From Candidatus Undinarchaeota archaeon (GTDB lineage: Archaea > SpSt-1190 > DYHY01 > CAZGQF01): a stretch of 64,000 bases of DNA. Shown one piece after another: positions 46,036 through 55,528 of the stretch. The position numbers were made by a program, and so were the translations under genes. The stretch's first letter is position 1. Each line of letters opens with the position of its first letter. The stretch lies in assembly GCA_964527545.1 (NCBI GenBank), contig CAZGQF010000002.1, positions 157,981 to 221,980 of the forward strand, read 5' to 3'. The notes beneath the pieces are model-generated. The model saw only the letters and a program-made list of their open reading frames with translations. It was not told the origin of the DNA and made no database searches.

Positions 46036-47172
46036 AACTTCCTTCAGCCTCTTCTCCGCCATCTTGCAGTACTCCTCGGAGACATCGATGCCGATGAACC
46101 TGCGGCCCTCCTTCTTGGCGACGAGCGTGGTGGTGCCCACTCCGTTGAAGGGGTCGAGGACGACGTCGCCCCTGAAGCTGAAGAGCTTGAGGACGCGCCT
46201 CGCCAGCTCCTCGGGGAACATGGCTGGGTGGCCGAACTTCTTCATCTTGCCTTCCGGCGCTATGCTCCACTTCGCGTAGACCCAGTCCTTGAACTCGTCA
46301 GCAGTGATGTCCGCGTCCTTTTTCTCCCCCCCTTTCTTGAGGCTCCCCTTGCAGAAGACCTCCACGAACTCCCATGTGTACTTGAGGTAGGGGCTGCTCG
46401 GGCTCTTCCAGCTCCCCCAGGCAGTGTACTTGCAGTTGTAGTTGTTCTTCTCCCAGAGGATCTCGCCCTTCCAGATGAGGCCCTCGTTCATGAGGAAGTC
46501 GGAGACCATGTGGTGGAGCGGTATGTAGTCAGAGAAGAGCGGCTGGACGTTTATGCAGAGCCGGCCGCCAGTCTTCAAGACCCTCACGCACTCCTTCAAG
46601 ACAGCAAACAGCTTCCCGAAGTAGCTCTCCCACTGGATGCCGTCCTCCGCCTCGCCGTAGTCGAGGCCGAAGTTGTAGGGCGGTGACGTGAACACGATGT
46701 CGACGCAGTTGTCCGGGAGTTCGCGGAGAACTTCCTCGCTGTCGCCGCAGACGACCCTGTCCAAAAACTCGTCCGGGAAATCGCTCTCTTCCCCTGAAAA
46801 GTCGGAAGCGTAGAAGAACTTGCCCCTGCGCTTCTCCTTCTTCTTGCGCTGCTTGACCTTCCTCTCCCTGTCGTAGCCGACGAAGACGCGCCGACCCGAG
46901 CGGAGGCCGTAGCTTCGCGACTCCACCTCTTCCATGAGCTCCTCCAGAAGGGAGAGCAGCTGTCTCTTCTCCTCCCTCTCAAGGCCGCTCTCCCCTATCC
47001 TCTTCTCCACCTCTTCCGAGAAGCTCTCCAGGTCCATCGAACGCAGGCGCAGTGTCAATCTCTTGCCGCCGAAATCGAACTCGTATCCCTTTCCCTTTGC
47101 AGGAAAGATTTTGCTGGCCGACTCGAGGACGCCCTTGCTTGAAGGGACCTCCACGACAATCGGCTCTGCCAT
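46018..47172 (-). CDS. DNA methyltransferase (beta-class N4-cytosine/N6-adenine; SPPY motif), with ~150 aa N-terminal extra domain
   Basis: Motif IV IVFTSPPYNFG precedes motif I VLDPFNGVGTT (beta-class order); start set at MAEPIVVEV (ATG 47172) rather than the ORF-table 47298. Confidence 0.8.
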   Translation of the reverse strand: MAEPIVVEVPSSKGVLESASKIFPAKGKGYEFDFGGKRLTLRLRSMDLESFSEEVEKRIGESGLEREEKRQLLSLLEELMEEVESRSYGLRSGRRVFVGYDRERKVKQRKKKEKRRGKFFYASDFSGEESDFPDEFLDRVVCGDSEEVLRELPDNCVDIVFTSPPYNFGLDYGEAEDGIQWESYFGKLFAVLKECVRVLKTGGRLCINVQPLFSDYIPLHHMVSDFLMNEGLIWKGEILWEKNNYNCKYTAWGSWKSPSSPYLKYTWEFVEVFCKGSLKKGGEKKDADITADEFKDWVYAKWSIAPEGKMKKFGHPAMFPEELARRVLKLFSFRGDVVLDPFNGVGTTTLVAKKEGRRFIGIDVSEEYCKMAEKRLKEVLGQGL

Positions 47173-47259
47173 CGTCCCGACCCCCTCACGCCTTCTTTTA
47201 TCTCTTCCCCTCCAGCAGGAGACCGATAATGTTTTATTCACTTCAGAGTTAAGATTAGC

Positions 47260-47526
47260 GTGGAAGAGCTGTATGGAAAAAGGGAACTGAAGTTCCACGG
47301 GATGGATGTCTACTACGACAGGAAGAAAGACATCTGCACCGTCCCGTTCGAGGAGTTCGTCCTCCAGGTCCCCACTGGGGAGATGCTCGACGACAACCTC
47401 AACCTCGTCGACCTGCTGAAGTGGGGCCTCTATGCAAAAAACGAGGTCAAGAAGGGCGAGAGCCTCCCGTCCGCGAGAGAGAAGGGGAAGCAGAGGCTAC
47501 TGGAAGAGAAAACTGGAGAGGGATGA
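47260..47526 (+). CDS. Possible small protein (88 aa), doubtful
   Basis: GTG-start ORF; its 3' end overlaps the non-conserved tail of the convergent MGMT ORF, so one of the two boundaries is wrong. Confidence 0.2.
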   Translation: MEELYGKRELKFHGMDVYYDRKKDICTVPFEEFVLQVPTGEMLDDNLNLVDLLKWGLYAKNEVKKGESLPSAREKGKQRLLEEKTGEG

Positions 47527-47809
47527 AGAACTCCGACAGGTCGATCTTCCCGTCCACCACCTTCACGCCCTCCCCCTCCAGCCTGCGGATTTTCTCGCGC
47601 ACTCCCTGGTTATAGCCTCCGAGGCTGCCGTCTGACATGACCACGCGGTGGCAGGGGACATCAGTGTCGCTGTTCTGTTTCATCTTCGCGCCAACCGCCC
47701 GCGGCGAAGTCCCTGCCGCCCTCGCCAGCTCGCCGTAAGTGGTGACCTTGCCGGGCGGTACTTTTCTGCAGAGCTCACAGATTTCCACTGATCGCCTTCC
47801 AGACTGCAA
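47447..47809 (-). CDS. ogt: Short methylated-DNA--protein-cysteine methyltransferase (MGMT C-terminal domain only)
   Basis: Active-site PCHRVV with flanking TTYGELA and SDGSLGGY motifs; lacks the N-terminal domain; C-terminal ~30 aa tail not conserved. Confidence 0.7.
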   Translation of the reverse strand: MQSGRRSVEICELCRKVPPGKVTTYGELARAAGTSPRAVGAKMKQNSDTDVPCHRVVMSDGSLGGYNQGVREKIRRLEGEGVKVVDGKIDLSEFFIPLQFSLPVASASPSLSRTGGSRPS

Positions 47810-47825
47810 CTTAAATCCATTGACG

Positions 47826-48686
47826 TTAAGTCGTCATCTTTTCAAGTTCAATGCCTGCGTTTTTAGCAGCCCTTTCCGCAGTCTCCTCCTTGCCGTTGCG
47901 GTAAGCGGTCTGCGCAGTCGTCATGTAGAGCTCTTCCCGGGTTGAATCCCAATCATCTACCCCCAGATCCCTCATGTCGATGCCCTTAGCTTCAGCGACC
48001 TTCTCAGCCCTGCGTACGGTCCATTTCACCTTGTTGAGCCTGCCCTCAGTTGCGTGAAAACTCGCGTGGTTCAGCCAGACTTTGGCAACGGTTTCCCAGT
48101 AGCCTTCGTCCTCACCAGTCTCTCCGTAGATGACTTCTCTCAACCTATCGAGCTGCGGCAATTTCTCGCCATAGTCGTTCTCGTAATTTCTCACCATTCT
48201 CTCTGCCCAAGCATAGCTGACCTCCCTATTCTTGGTCTTTGTAACGTCGATGTCGCCCTTCTGAGCGACCTCCAGGACCTTGTTTATCGCTGAAAGAGCG
48301 ACAAGCTTCCTGTAATCTGCCATCATCTCTTCCTCCGGCAAATCCACATTTAGACCTCTTGCTAGGACTCCAAGCTCGTCAAAATAATAGCGAAGCGGAT
48401 CCTCGGCGTCCACGAGAACATTTACCGCTGAGTAATCTATCTGCCTGATCTGTTTGTTGATGAAGAAGTCGCCGTCCACTGTTTCCCATTTAGGAAGTTC
48501 AATTTTTTCCCTCTCTGATGCCCTTATGGCGTCAATCAAGAGCCTCTTGGCCTTGAAGTAACACCAACGGCTACCCCTGTTCTTGTGCTCTTCTACATAG
48601 TCGTTGACCTGCTCCACCTGTTCCGAGATCTTCTGTCTTGAATCCACTGCGTTGCTTTCCTTTGAATCGCTATCCAACTCTGACAT
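47826..48686 (-). CDS. Hypothetical protein (286 aa), lower GC than surroundings
   Basis: TATA gcttataaatact ~25 nt upstream of ATG (leaderless); noticeably AT-richer codon usage; no motif recognised. Confidence 0.5.
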   Translation of the reverse strand: MSELDSDSKESNAVDSRQKISEQVEQVNDYVEEHKNRGSRWCYFKAKRLLIDAIRASEREKIELPKWETVDGDFFINKQIRQIDYSAVNVLVDAEDPLRYYFDELGVLARGLNVDLPEEEMMADYRKLVALSAINKVLEVAQKGDIDVTKTKNREVSYAWAERMVRNYENDYGEKLPQLDRLREVIYGETGEDEGYWETVAKVWLNHASFHATEGRLNKVKWTVRRAEKVAEAKGIDMRDLGVDDWDSTREELYMTTAQTAYRNGKEETAERAAKNAGIELEKMTT

Positions 48687-48724
48687 AATTATCTACTAAA
48701 AAGTAGTATTTATAAGCATTCCTG

Positions 48725-49717
48725 TCACATAAATTCACCGAGGCCCTGCTGGCGTTCGCTCGCCTCTTCAGCCGCCTCGTCGAGCGTGGAGGCGACTCTC
48801 TTCTCGCTGAAGCCTGCCTGGTCGTACATGATCTCCTCTATCTTCTCCCTGTCGAACTCCGGCCACTCGATCTTCACGTCGTCGACGTCCGGCTCCGTGA
48901 AGAGCTCGACAAGCCAGTCTGCGTCGGGGTAGAGCTCTTCGAACTTCCCCTCCCTCACCGCCTTCAGGCCGCGCTTCGGCCCGATGCCCTTGATGCCGCC
49001 GGGGTTGTAGTCGGTCCCTATCAGTATCCCCAGCTTGATCAGCTGCTCCTGCGTTATGTTGAGCTCCTCGAGCACGTTTTTGAGTCGGATGAGCTCCGGG
49101 TTGATGGTGTAGTACCTGTTCTTGCCTGGGACTTTCCTCCTGCCCGTGATGTTGAGGTTGCGCAGGAGACACGGCGAGCCGAACATCAAGCCGTCGTAGT
49201 CCTGGCTGGCCACAGCCCAGACCTTCTTCTCCCTGCACATCCTTGCGGCCTGCGCCTCGCCCTCGCCCGGCGCCTGGACCACGGGAATGCCCATCGCCTC
49301 GAGAAGCTCCTTGGCCGACTCAAGCATCTTGTCGTTGACCTTGGCGGTCTGCATCGCGTACCTCCTTATCGCGTCTGCGTCGCCCCTCTCTCTCGCCTCC
49401 TCCAGCTTCTCTTCAGCCTTCTTTTTCCTCTCCTTCCTCTTTCTCGAGGTCTTCTCTTTCGCCTCGGGCGCCACGCCGTCGAAGACGTAGACCGGCCTCA
49501 CGCCCTCCTTGATCAGGTTGGCGTTGCGGTAGAAGAGGCCGGAGAGGTGGGAGGTGACATCGCCGTCCTGATTGCGGAGGAGCGTGCCGTCCCTCCTGCG
49601 GATGACAGAGAGGAACTGGAAGATTGTGTTGAGCGCGTCGACGGCAAGGACCTTTCCCTGCAGGTCGCGAAAGGAGACCTCTTCCGTGTGGACAAGGTCC
49701 TTCAGCTTGACGCCCAT
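48725..49717 (-). CDS. fen: Flap endonuclease 1
   Basis: N-terminal MGVKLKDL...GKVLAVDALNTIFQFL; acidic active-site residues; C-terminal PIP-like QQGLGEFM. Confidence 0.9.
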   Translation of the reverse strand: MGVKLKDLVHTEEVSFRDLQGKVLAVDALNTIFQFLSVIRRRDGTLLRNQDGDVTSHLSGLFYRNANLIKEGVRPVYVFDGVAPEAKEKTSRKRKERKKKAEEKLEEARERGDADAIRRYAMQTAKVNDKMLESAKELLEAMGIPVVQAPGEGEAQAARMCREKKVWAVASQDYDGLMFGSPCLLRNLNITGRRKVPGKNRYYTINPELIRLKNVLEELNITQEQLIKLGILIGTDYNPGGIKGIGPKRGLKAVREGKFEELYPDADWLVELFTEPDVDDVKIEWPEFDREKIEEIMYDQAGFSEKRVASTLDEAAEEASERQQGLGEFM

Positions 49718-49766
49718 GGAGAAGAGAGGTCCAGCCTCTTGATAAGTTTTCTGAATGGCCCTTCGC

Positions 49767-50567
49767 TCAACCAGGCATCTCGGCCGCTGGGTAGGAGCCG
49801 AGCACCTTGAGGAAGGAGGCAGACTCCTCCAGCTCGGCGAGGGCTTCGGCCACGTCGTCGTCAGAGACGTGTCCCTGCAGGTCGACGAAGAAGGAGTGCT
49901 CGCCAGGCTCCCTCTTCAGCGGGCGCGAGACAATGCGGGTGAGATTCAGGTCGTTGCCCGCGAAGGCGCCGAGGGCGGAGTAGAGGGCGCCGGGCTGGTG
50001 GAGCGTGGAGAAGACAATCGACGTCTTGCTCCTCTCAGCCTTCCCGGGCGCCTCCCTGGAAAGGACCAGGAACCTTGAAACCTCTTCTTCGTCCTGGACA
50101 GACTCCTCTGCGATGTGGAGCGAGAAGAGGGAGGCGGCCAATGCGGAGGCTATGGCCGCTCCACCCATCTCCTTGACGGCCTGGGCCGCGGAGGCGGCGT
50201 CAGGAGTGAAGACAGTCTCGAGTCCCAGCCTGCGGAGGAGTCCAGCACAGCGCTCGGCCGCCTCAGGATGAACATAAAGCCTGTCCGCCTCGTCCGCGCT
50301 CTCGCCTGGACGCGTCAGGAGGCAGTAGTCGACTGGGAAGAAGACCTCGCCGGCGATGGAGAGGTCAGATTCCAGGAGGAGGTCGTGGACTGTGTCGATG
50401 CTCCCGTGTACAGAGTTCTCTATGGGCACCAGCCCTCTTCCAGTCTCTGCAGACTCAAAGACATCACTTATGGTCATGCAGGCGACGTGCTCGTCGTCGG
50501 GCGCAGCCTTGCGGGCGGCCACCTCGGAGAGAGTTCCGCGCGGTCCAAGAAAGAAGAGCTCTGCCAT
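49767..50567 (-). CDS. pheA: Prephenate dehydratase with ACT domain
   Basis: FLGPRGTLSE N-terminal PDT signature; C-terminal ACT-like regulatory region. Confidence 0.85.
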   Translation of the reverse strand: MAELFFLGPRGTLSEVAARKAAPDDEHVACMTISDVFESAETGRGLVPIENSVHGSIDTVHDLLLESDLSIAGEVFFPVDYCLLTRPGESADEADRLYVHPEAAERCAGLLRRLGLETVFTPDAASAAQAVKEMGGAAIASALAASLFSLHIAEESVQDEEEVSRFLVLSREAPGKAERSKTSIVFSTLHQPGALYSALGAFAGNDLNLTRIVSRPLKREPGEHSFFVDLQGHVSDDDVAEALAELEESASFLKVLGSYPAAEMPG

Positions 50568-50641
50568 GTGCGGGAAAGAGAGGCGACGGTAAAAAGGCTA
50601 TCGGAGGAGGTTCTTTTATAGTGGGACCAGAAAGTTTTCGC

Positions 50642-51277
50642 ATGAAGTGGGACCTCCACATCCATTCAGAGCACTCGTTCGACTGCTCCACGCCGCTCCG
50701 CCTGATCTTCAAGACTGCAGAGAAGAAAGGCCTCGACGGCCTCGCGATAACCGACCACGACGACTTCTCCGCTTTCCAAGAGGCCAGGAGGCTGAGCGCC
50801 AAATTCAGAATCGGCTATCTCCCTGCCATGGAGGTCAGCACAGACGCAGGCGACCTCATAGCGCTCGGCATCTCCTCCCCCATCGAGTCGAGAGCTCTCG
50901 GCGAGGTCCTGGAGGAGGTCAAGGAGCAGGGTGCGGTCTCCATAGCTGCCCACCCCTTCGACCCGTTCAGGGGCCACCTCGGCGGGGAGGCGAGAGAGGC
51001 GGATGCGGTGGAGGTCAACTCCCACTCCCTCTTCGGGAACGGGAAGGTGCGGAGATTCGCCGAGAAGCACGGCCTCGCAGTGGTGGGCGGGAGCGACGCC
51101 CACACCGCGTGGGAGGTGGGCTCCTCCTACACCCTCTGCGACGAACCGGTGGAGGACATTAAGCATAAAAAGACGCAGGCAGTTGGCGGCTTCAATTGGG
51201 GGTACATGCCCGTGGCTGCATCGCTCCACGTCGCTACTCTCCCCGGGAGGCTCTGGAGATGGATGAGATCGAGATAG
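50642..51277 (+). CDS. PHP-domain phosphoesterase (second copy in window)
   Basis: MKWDLHIHSEHSFD and AITDHDD motifs; TATA ttttatag 30 nt upstream of ATG 50642 (the ORF-table GTG 50621 is less likely). Confidence 0.7.
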   Translation: MKWDLHIHSEHSFDCSTPLRLIFKTAEKKGLDGLAITDHDDFSAFQEARRLSAKFRIGYLPAMEVSTDAGDLIALGISSPIESRALGEVLEEVKEQGAVSIAAHPFDPFRGHLGGEAREADAVEVNSHSLFGNGKVRRFAEKHGLAVVGGSDAHTAWEVGSSYTLCDEPVEDIKHKKTQAVGGFNWGYMPVAASLHVATLPGRLWRWMRSR

Positions 51278-51434
51278 GGAAGGAAGAGGCCCTGGCAGGC
51301 TTTCTGCTCGCCATGGGGCTGGTCTGGGTCTTCACCTACCTCCAGCAGGGGAGCTACAACACCTTCTGGGCAGGGGCGGCAGGCATGAGAATGCTCCCCC
51401 TCCTCGTCGCCGCCATGCTGACTGACGTGCTTCT

Positions 51435-52094
51435 CTAGTCCGCGTAGAGGGCGACCTGGTCAAGGACGCCGAAGGCCATCACCACTGCCCTCTGCGTAGC
51501 GTTGCCCGACAACGAGAAGGCGTAGGCGTCCTCCTCTTCGGGCTTCACTATCAGCTGGTAGAACTCTGACGCGCCAATGGCGGCGTAGATTCTCGGCTCG
51601 TCGATGGGGGAGACAACCTCGCCGCTTATCCCCTCCTCGCTTTTCTCGACACTCATCTCCAGCCTCTCCGGCGGCGTTATCTGGCCCTCAACTGTGACCT
51701 TGGCCTGCTTGTCCTCCTCGCCCTTGAGATAGCTGCACTCCAGCGTGTAGCTGTAGTCGATGGCAGGCGCCTTGCTGATGTAGGCCGCCATCCTTGTCTC
51801 CTCCTCGATTGGTGCGTGGTCCGTGTAGACCATCACCGTCTCCGGCACCTTGAGGGTGCAGGAGCGGAAGCGGAGCGGCTCGTCGACCCTGCTCTCTATC
51901 AGGAGGTCGGCCACGGACGAGTCCTCGAACGTGTAGACGCTCGACTGCACGCGGTAGTCGCCTGTCATCCCCGCCTCCTCGTCCTCGAAGAAGCCCGTGA
52001 AATAGAGGACAGTGAAGCCGATGATGAATGTGAAGAAGAGAAAGACAGTAGCTGCGAAGACAAGTATCTTGGAGACCACGATGCGGCCTGTCAA
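51435..52094 (-). CDS. Membrane-anchored hypothetical protein (219 aa)
   Basis: N-terminal TM helix ILVFAATVFLFFTFIIGFTVLYF then an acidic soluble domain; divergent from the third pilin-like gene. Confidence 0.45.
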   Translation of the reverse strand: MTGRIVVSKILVFAATVFLFFTFIIGFTVLYFTGFFEDEEAGMTGDYRVQSSVYTFEDSSVADLLIESRVDEPLRFRSCTLKVPETVMVYTDHAPIEEETRMAAYISKAPAIDYSYTLECSYLKGEEDKQAKVTVEGQITPPERLEMSVEKSEEGISGEVVSPIDEPRIYAAIGASEFYQLIVKPEEEDAYAFSLSGNATQRAVVMAFGVLDQVALYAD

Positions 52095-52157
52095 AGCAGA
52101 GATAAATCAATTTGGATTGGAGTCAAGAAATAAATAGGGAGAACACCAAAACTCACC

Positions 52158-53816
52158 GTGTCAAGGGGAATAACGCCTGTCATAGCGATAATACTGCTGC
52201 TGCTGATGTCCGTGGCCGCGGCAGGAGCGGTCTACTTTTTCTACCAGAACATCTCGGAGACGAGCGAGGGGACAAGCTCGTCGCAGATAGAGCAGGTCAG
52301 CGAGAAGACGATGGCCCAGCTCTCCATCGAGTCTGTGGCGGGCGGGAGGGTCTACGCCCGCAACCGCGGCGCCGGCTCCATCGACGCCTCCAAGCTCGCC
52401 GTCTACGTGGAGGACAAGCCCTACTCCTTCAACTCATCGCTCGAGACAATCTCGGGAGGGGACATGGCGGTCCTCAAATTCACAGAGGTGCCGTCCTGCG
52501 ACGACTCCAAGTGCACAGTCAAGATAAGGGGCGCTGCCTCGACCTCCAAGATAGTGGAGGACGAGACGCTCTCCTGCTCGTCCGATTCGGACTGCCTCTC
52601 CGGCGAGACCTGCGAAGGGGGGATCTGCCTCTTCGGGGAGGGAGAGGAGACGACCTGCGGAGACGGCACCTGCGACGCTTCAGAACACGGCTACGACTGC
52701 TTTGAGGACTGCAACCCAGAGTCGATCCTCTACGCCTTCGGCGTCGTGGGCGCTGATGGGGGCTGGCTCGCCCAGTACGACTGGAACGGCACCACCTACG
52801 ACTTCGTCGATAACCTGACTGAGATGGGAGAGATCGGTACAAGCGGCTTCTTCTCCGCCGTCCTTCTCGCCAACGGCAACCACATAATCTCAGGCCACGC
52901 GTCCGAAGACGAGATGGGCACCTACTGGCTTTCCCAGTACGACGGCTCATCGTGGAGCTATCCATACAACCTCAGCAACGAGCACGTTGTCGCCGGCACG
53001 CCGATCTGCATGGGCTCGTCCGACGCAGACTCTGACGGCGACGTGATGTTCGTCTACTCGCGCAACATGGGGGGCGGCGGCATTGAAGAACTCCAGTGGG
53101 CTGCCATCGAGGGCGGCTCGCTCTCCAGTCCCTCCGCAGTCTCTGGCGTGGCGAGCTACGCCTCCCCCGCCTTCTCCTTCTCGCCCGACGGCAACGGCGC
53201 ACTCGTCTACACCAATAGGACCAACCTCGGAATCGGCAACAACCAGTACAAAGTCGTTTACCGTGCTTGGGACGGCTCCTCTTTCGGCTCGCCTGATGTC
53301 TTCTTCAACCAGCAGAACAGCGCCGACCTCGACATGATCCTGGCGCCTCTCGTCGCCTTCGCCGAGAACGGCGACGGGATGGCTGTCTGGATGGTCGAGA
53401 ACGAGACCAACCACGTCTTCCACAAGTATGCCACCCACGACGGCTTGAGCTGGACGTACCAGGGCAACTTCGAGAACTTCGAGTCGTTCAACGAGAGCGA
53501 CACCGCACTCATTACAGGCCTGGAGTTCGACCACCTCGGCAACGCGGTGGCGACGAGCGGGCGGGCAGGTCCGGGCGGTGCCTCCGACCACTACGCAGTC
53601 TACGACAATGGGGCCTGGGGACAGACACAGGGCATGCCCGAGTCGACCGGCAAGATATGGCCGCACCTGATGAAGATGCCTGACAGCACCCTTGTCGCGA
53701 CCGACATGGACTACGACGTCCTGATGGCAGGGGGAAGGGAGATGTGGCGCTGGACCGTCTGGAACGGCAACTCCTGGTCGGACCCCGTCCACATTGGGCC
53801 CTGGGAGATTGCCTGA
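52158..53816 (+). CDS. Large class III signal-peptide protein, third paralog (552 aa)
   Basis: MSRGITPVIAIILLLLMSVAAAGAVYFFYQ N-terminus (GTG start); the same Cys-rich module CSSDSDCLSGETCEGGICLF...CGDGTCDAS; Trp/Asp-rich C-terminal repeats; TATA gaaataaatagg upstream. Confidence 0.75.
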   Translation: MSRGITPVIAIILLLLMSVAAAGAVYFFYQNISETSEGTSSSQIEQVSEKTMAQLSIESVAGGRVYARNRGAGSIDASKLAVYVEDKPYSFNSSLETISGGDMAVLKFTEVPSCDDSKCTVKIRGAASTSKIVEDETLSCSSDSDCLSGETCEGGICLFGEGEETTCGDGTCDASEHGYDCFEDCNPESILYAFGVVGADGGWLAQYDWNGTTYDFVDNLTEMGEIGTSGFFSAVLLANGNHIISGHASEDEMGTYWLSQYDGSSWSYPYNLSNEHVVAGTPICMGSSDADSDGDVMFVYSRNMGGGGIEELQWAAIEGGSLSSPSAVSGVASYASPAFSFSPDGNGALVYTNRTNLGIGNNQYKVVYRAWDGSSFGSPDVFFNQQNSADLDMILAPLVAFAENGDGMAVWMVENETNHVFHKYATHDGLSWTYQGNFENFESFNESDTALITGLEFDHLGNAVATSGRAGPGGASDHYAVYDNGAWGQTQGMPESTGKIWPHLMKMPDSTLVATDMDYDVLMAGGREMWRWTVWNGNSWSDPVHIGPWEIA

Positions 53817-53836
53817 AAGGCAAGATTAATTAAGGG

Positions 53837-54388
53837 GTGATTGTTCACATCCAAGTGGCAAGTCCACGGAGCAGACTCCTGGAGTGCAAAACCCTTCTTC
53901 TCTTCAACCCTTTCCAGTACCGGATGCTCCTGGACGAGGCGGAGAAAGAAAAGAACGAGAAGATGCTGGTCCTCTACGGCGTGGAGAAAGAGAATTTCGT
54001 GGGCGTCTTTGAGACTGAGAAACTGGAGGAGGGGTGCTACCAGTGGAGGAGAAAGAAGTCTGCTGGGATAAGAGTGAGAAAGTTCAAGGAGAGCTGCGGG
54101 AAAAGGCTGGAAGAGATGAAAAAAGACCATGAAGAGATGGAGCTGTTGGGAACCGCCCACCTCCACAGGGACTTCGGCCCCGACTCAGACGAGGCGAGCG
54201 ACGAGGACATCAACACGTTCTCCAACCTGGGCCTCGGCCTGTTCCACCTCGTCCATCACACCAACGACATGGAGCCCCACAACGCCAGAATCTATGCAGC
54301 GTGGTGCGAGAAACGCGGCTCAAAGAGATACGTCCCCAACCTCACGGAGGTCAAGGATGTCAAAATCTACTCTATCTACACTTCCTAG
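53837..54388 (+). CDS. Uncharacterised H-x-H-R-motif protein, paralog of 8536..9024; lower GC
   Basis: LLGTAHLHRDFGPDSD aligns with LIGLGHVHRNLQIPTVND of the 8536 ORF; similar domain order (LL..PF, RKF, HxHR). Confidence 0.4.
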   Translation: MIVHIQVASPRSRLLECKTLLLFNPFQYRMLLDEAEKEKNEKMLVLYGVEKENFVGVFETEKLEEGCYQWRRKKSAGIRVRKFKESCGKRLEEMKKDHEEMELLGTAHLHRDFGPDSDEASDEDINTFSNLGLGLFHLVHHTNDMEPHNARIYAAWCEKRGSKRYVPNLTEVKDVKIYSIYTS

Positions 54389-54612
54389 TCTTTCCTGTAG
54401 CTGGACTCTTTCTGCGCCATGACAGCGACATCAGAGGGGCGCAAGTATTTCTCATTCAGGACATCCTTCTCTTTTTCGTTCAGGTCGGCCTCACCCATCA
54501 AGCTGAGCCTGATCCTGCCCGCGACTTCCGGGTTCTCTTCTGCATACTTTCCAAGGTCCTTGGCATCTTTCCATTCAGAGAATTGGTTTTCCGTCTTCTT
54601 CTTTTCTTCCAT
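54385..54612 (-). CDS. Small charged hypothetical protein (75 aa)
   Basis: AT-richer small ORF; no motif. Confidence 0.3.
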   Translation of the reverse strand: MEEKKKTENQFSEWKDAKDLGKYAEENPEVAGRIRLSLMGEADLNEKEKDVLNEKYLRPSDVAVMAQKESSYRKD

Positions 54613-54799
54613 TACTTCACCATTCTTGAGTGATAATTTATAAAGGTTTCTCTCCTTCTCATCTCTCTACCCCTTGCCACTTCAGGCCCCTATTTATGCT
54701 TTTGACGGCGGAGCAAAGAGCTGGTGCCTGAAAAAGCCAAGAAGAAAAAATCTGGCTGAAGAGAGCTCAGACTGACAAGAAAGTCATGCCAGAACACGC

Positions 54800-54830
54800 C
54801 ATGGGCGCTCTCAGAGCTGAGAGCGCCATG
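54800..54830 (-). terminator. Strong hairpin (13-bp stem, one bulge, 4-nt loop) 24 nt downstream of csp stop, followed on the minus strand by T-runs
   Basis: ccatgggcgctctcag-agc-tgagagcgccatg; minus strand then reads ...gattttttcttcttggctttttc (oligo-T, archaeal terminator-like) at 54741-54760. Confidence 0.45.
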
Positions 54831-54853
54831 AGCGGACAGCCTCGCTGTCTTGA

Positions 54854-55048
54854 TCAGGCCAACTTAACGTTGACTGCCTTCGGTCCCTTGGGCGCGTCTT
54901 CCACTTCAAACTCGACTGCCTGCCCCTTTCTTAGAGAGCTAGCCCCTTGGATGTCAGAGTGATGCACGAATACAGTGTCACTCCCCCCTTCGGGGTTGAT
55001 GAAGCCGAAGCCCCTGAAATCGAACCACTTTTCAACAGTTCCTTTCAC
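54854..55048 (-). CDS. Cold-shock protein (CspA family)
   Basis: [34 protein letters not shown] with RNP1/RNP2-like motifs; start reassigned to the GTG at 55048, which is preceded by SD GAAAGGAGGTG (7-nt spacer). Confidence 0.8.
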   Translation of the reverse strand: MKGTVEKWFDFRGFGFINPEGGSDTVFVHHSDIQGASSLRKGQAVEFEVEDAPKGPKAVNVKLA

Positions 55049-55100
55049 TTGTTTACACCTCCTTTCCGAGAGAGCGGAGAGGGGTTTTATATGGCTTTGG

Positions 55101-55433
55101 TTAAGCCCTTTTGGTCGCAAGCCAGTCGATGGCGACGCCGTAGGCGATGCCTGCGAGAAAGCCGGGGCTGTCCCTCATGTCGGTGGAGAGAAACCAGGCG
55201 AGGCTGACCAAGAGTCCGAGCAGGGCGCCCCTCGTCCAGGGCGCCTGCCCCTTCATGAACTCCGCCTCGGCGGCCAGTCCTACAACTAGCCCCATCAAGA
55301 CGCGATTAAACCAGGCGGAGAAGAGAAAAAGTTCGTTTCCCGCGAAGCCGACTCTGTACCCTATGCCGATTATGCAAAAAACGCCGAGCAGGGCTCCAGC
55401 AGCCAGCGACTTGCTGACCTTTCCCATTTTCAT
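55101..55433 (-). CDS. Membrane protein (3-4 TM helices)
   Basis: Hydrophobic throughout; lies between the two csp genes on the same strand. Confidence 0.45.
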   Translation of the reverse strand: MKMGKVSKSLAAGALLGVFCIIGIGYRVGFAGNELFLFSAWFNRVLMGLVVGLAAEAEFMKGQAPWTRGALLGLLVSLAWFLSTDMRDSPGFLAGIAYGVAIDWLATKRA

Positions 55434-55528
55434 TCCTCTCTCTGGAGCTACAGCTATTTAGCTGCTCCGGAAAAACGAGAACAGAGCTCCCGCTCCGGCG
55501 AGTTAGTTCTCAGATGGCTCTTTACTGC

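Noticed and set aside
51196-51438. 80-aa plus-strand ORF overlapping the end of the PHP gene
   Set aside because: The first 20 codons overlap the PHP-domain gene; only the distal hydrophobic part could be a small membrane peptide, and there is no independent promoter or SD evidence.
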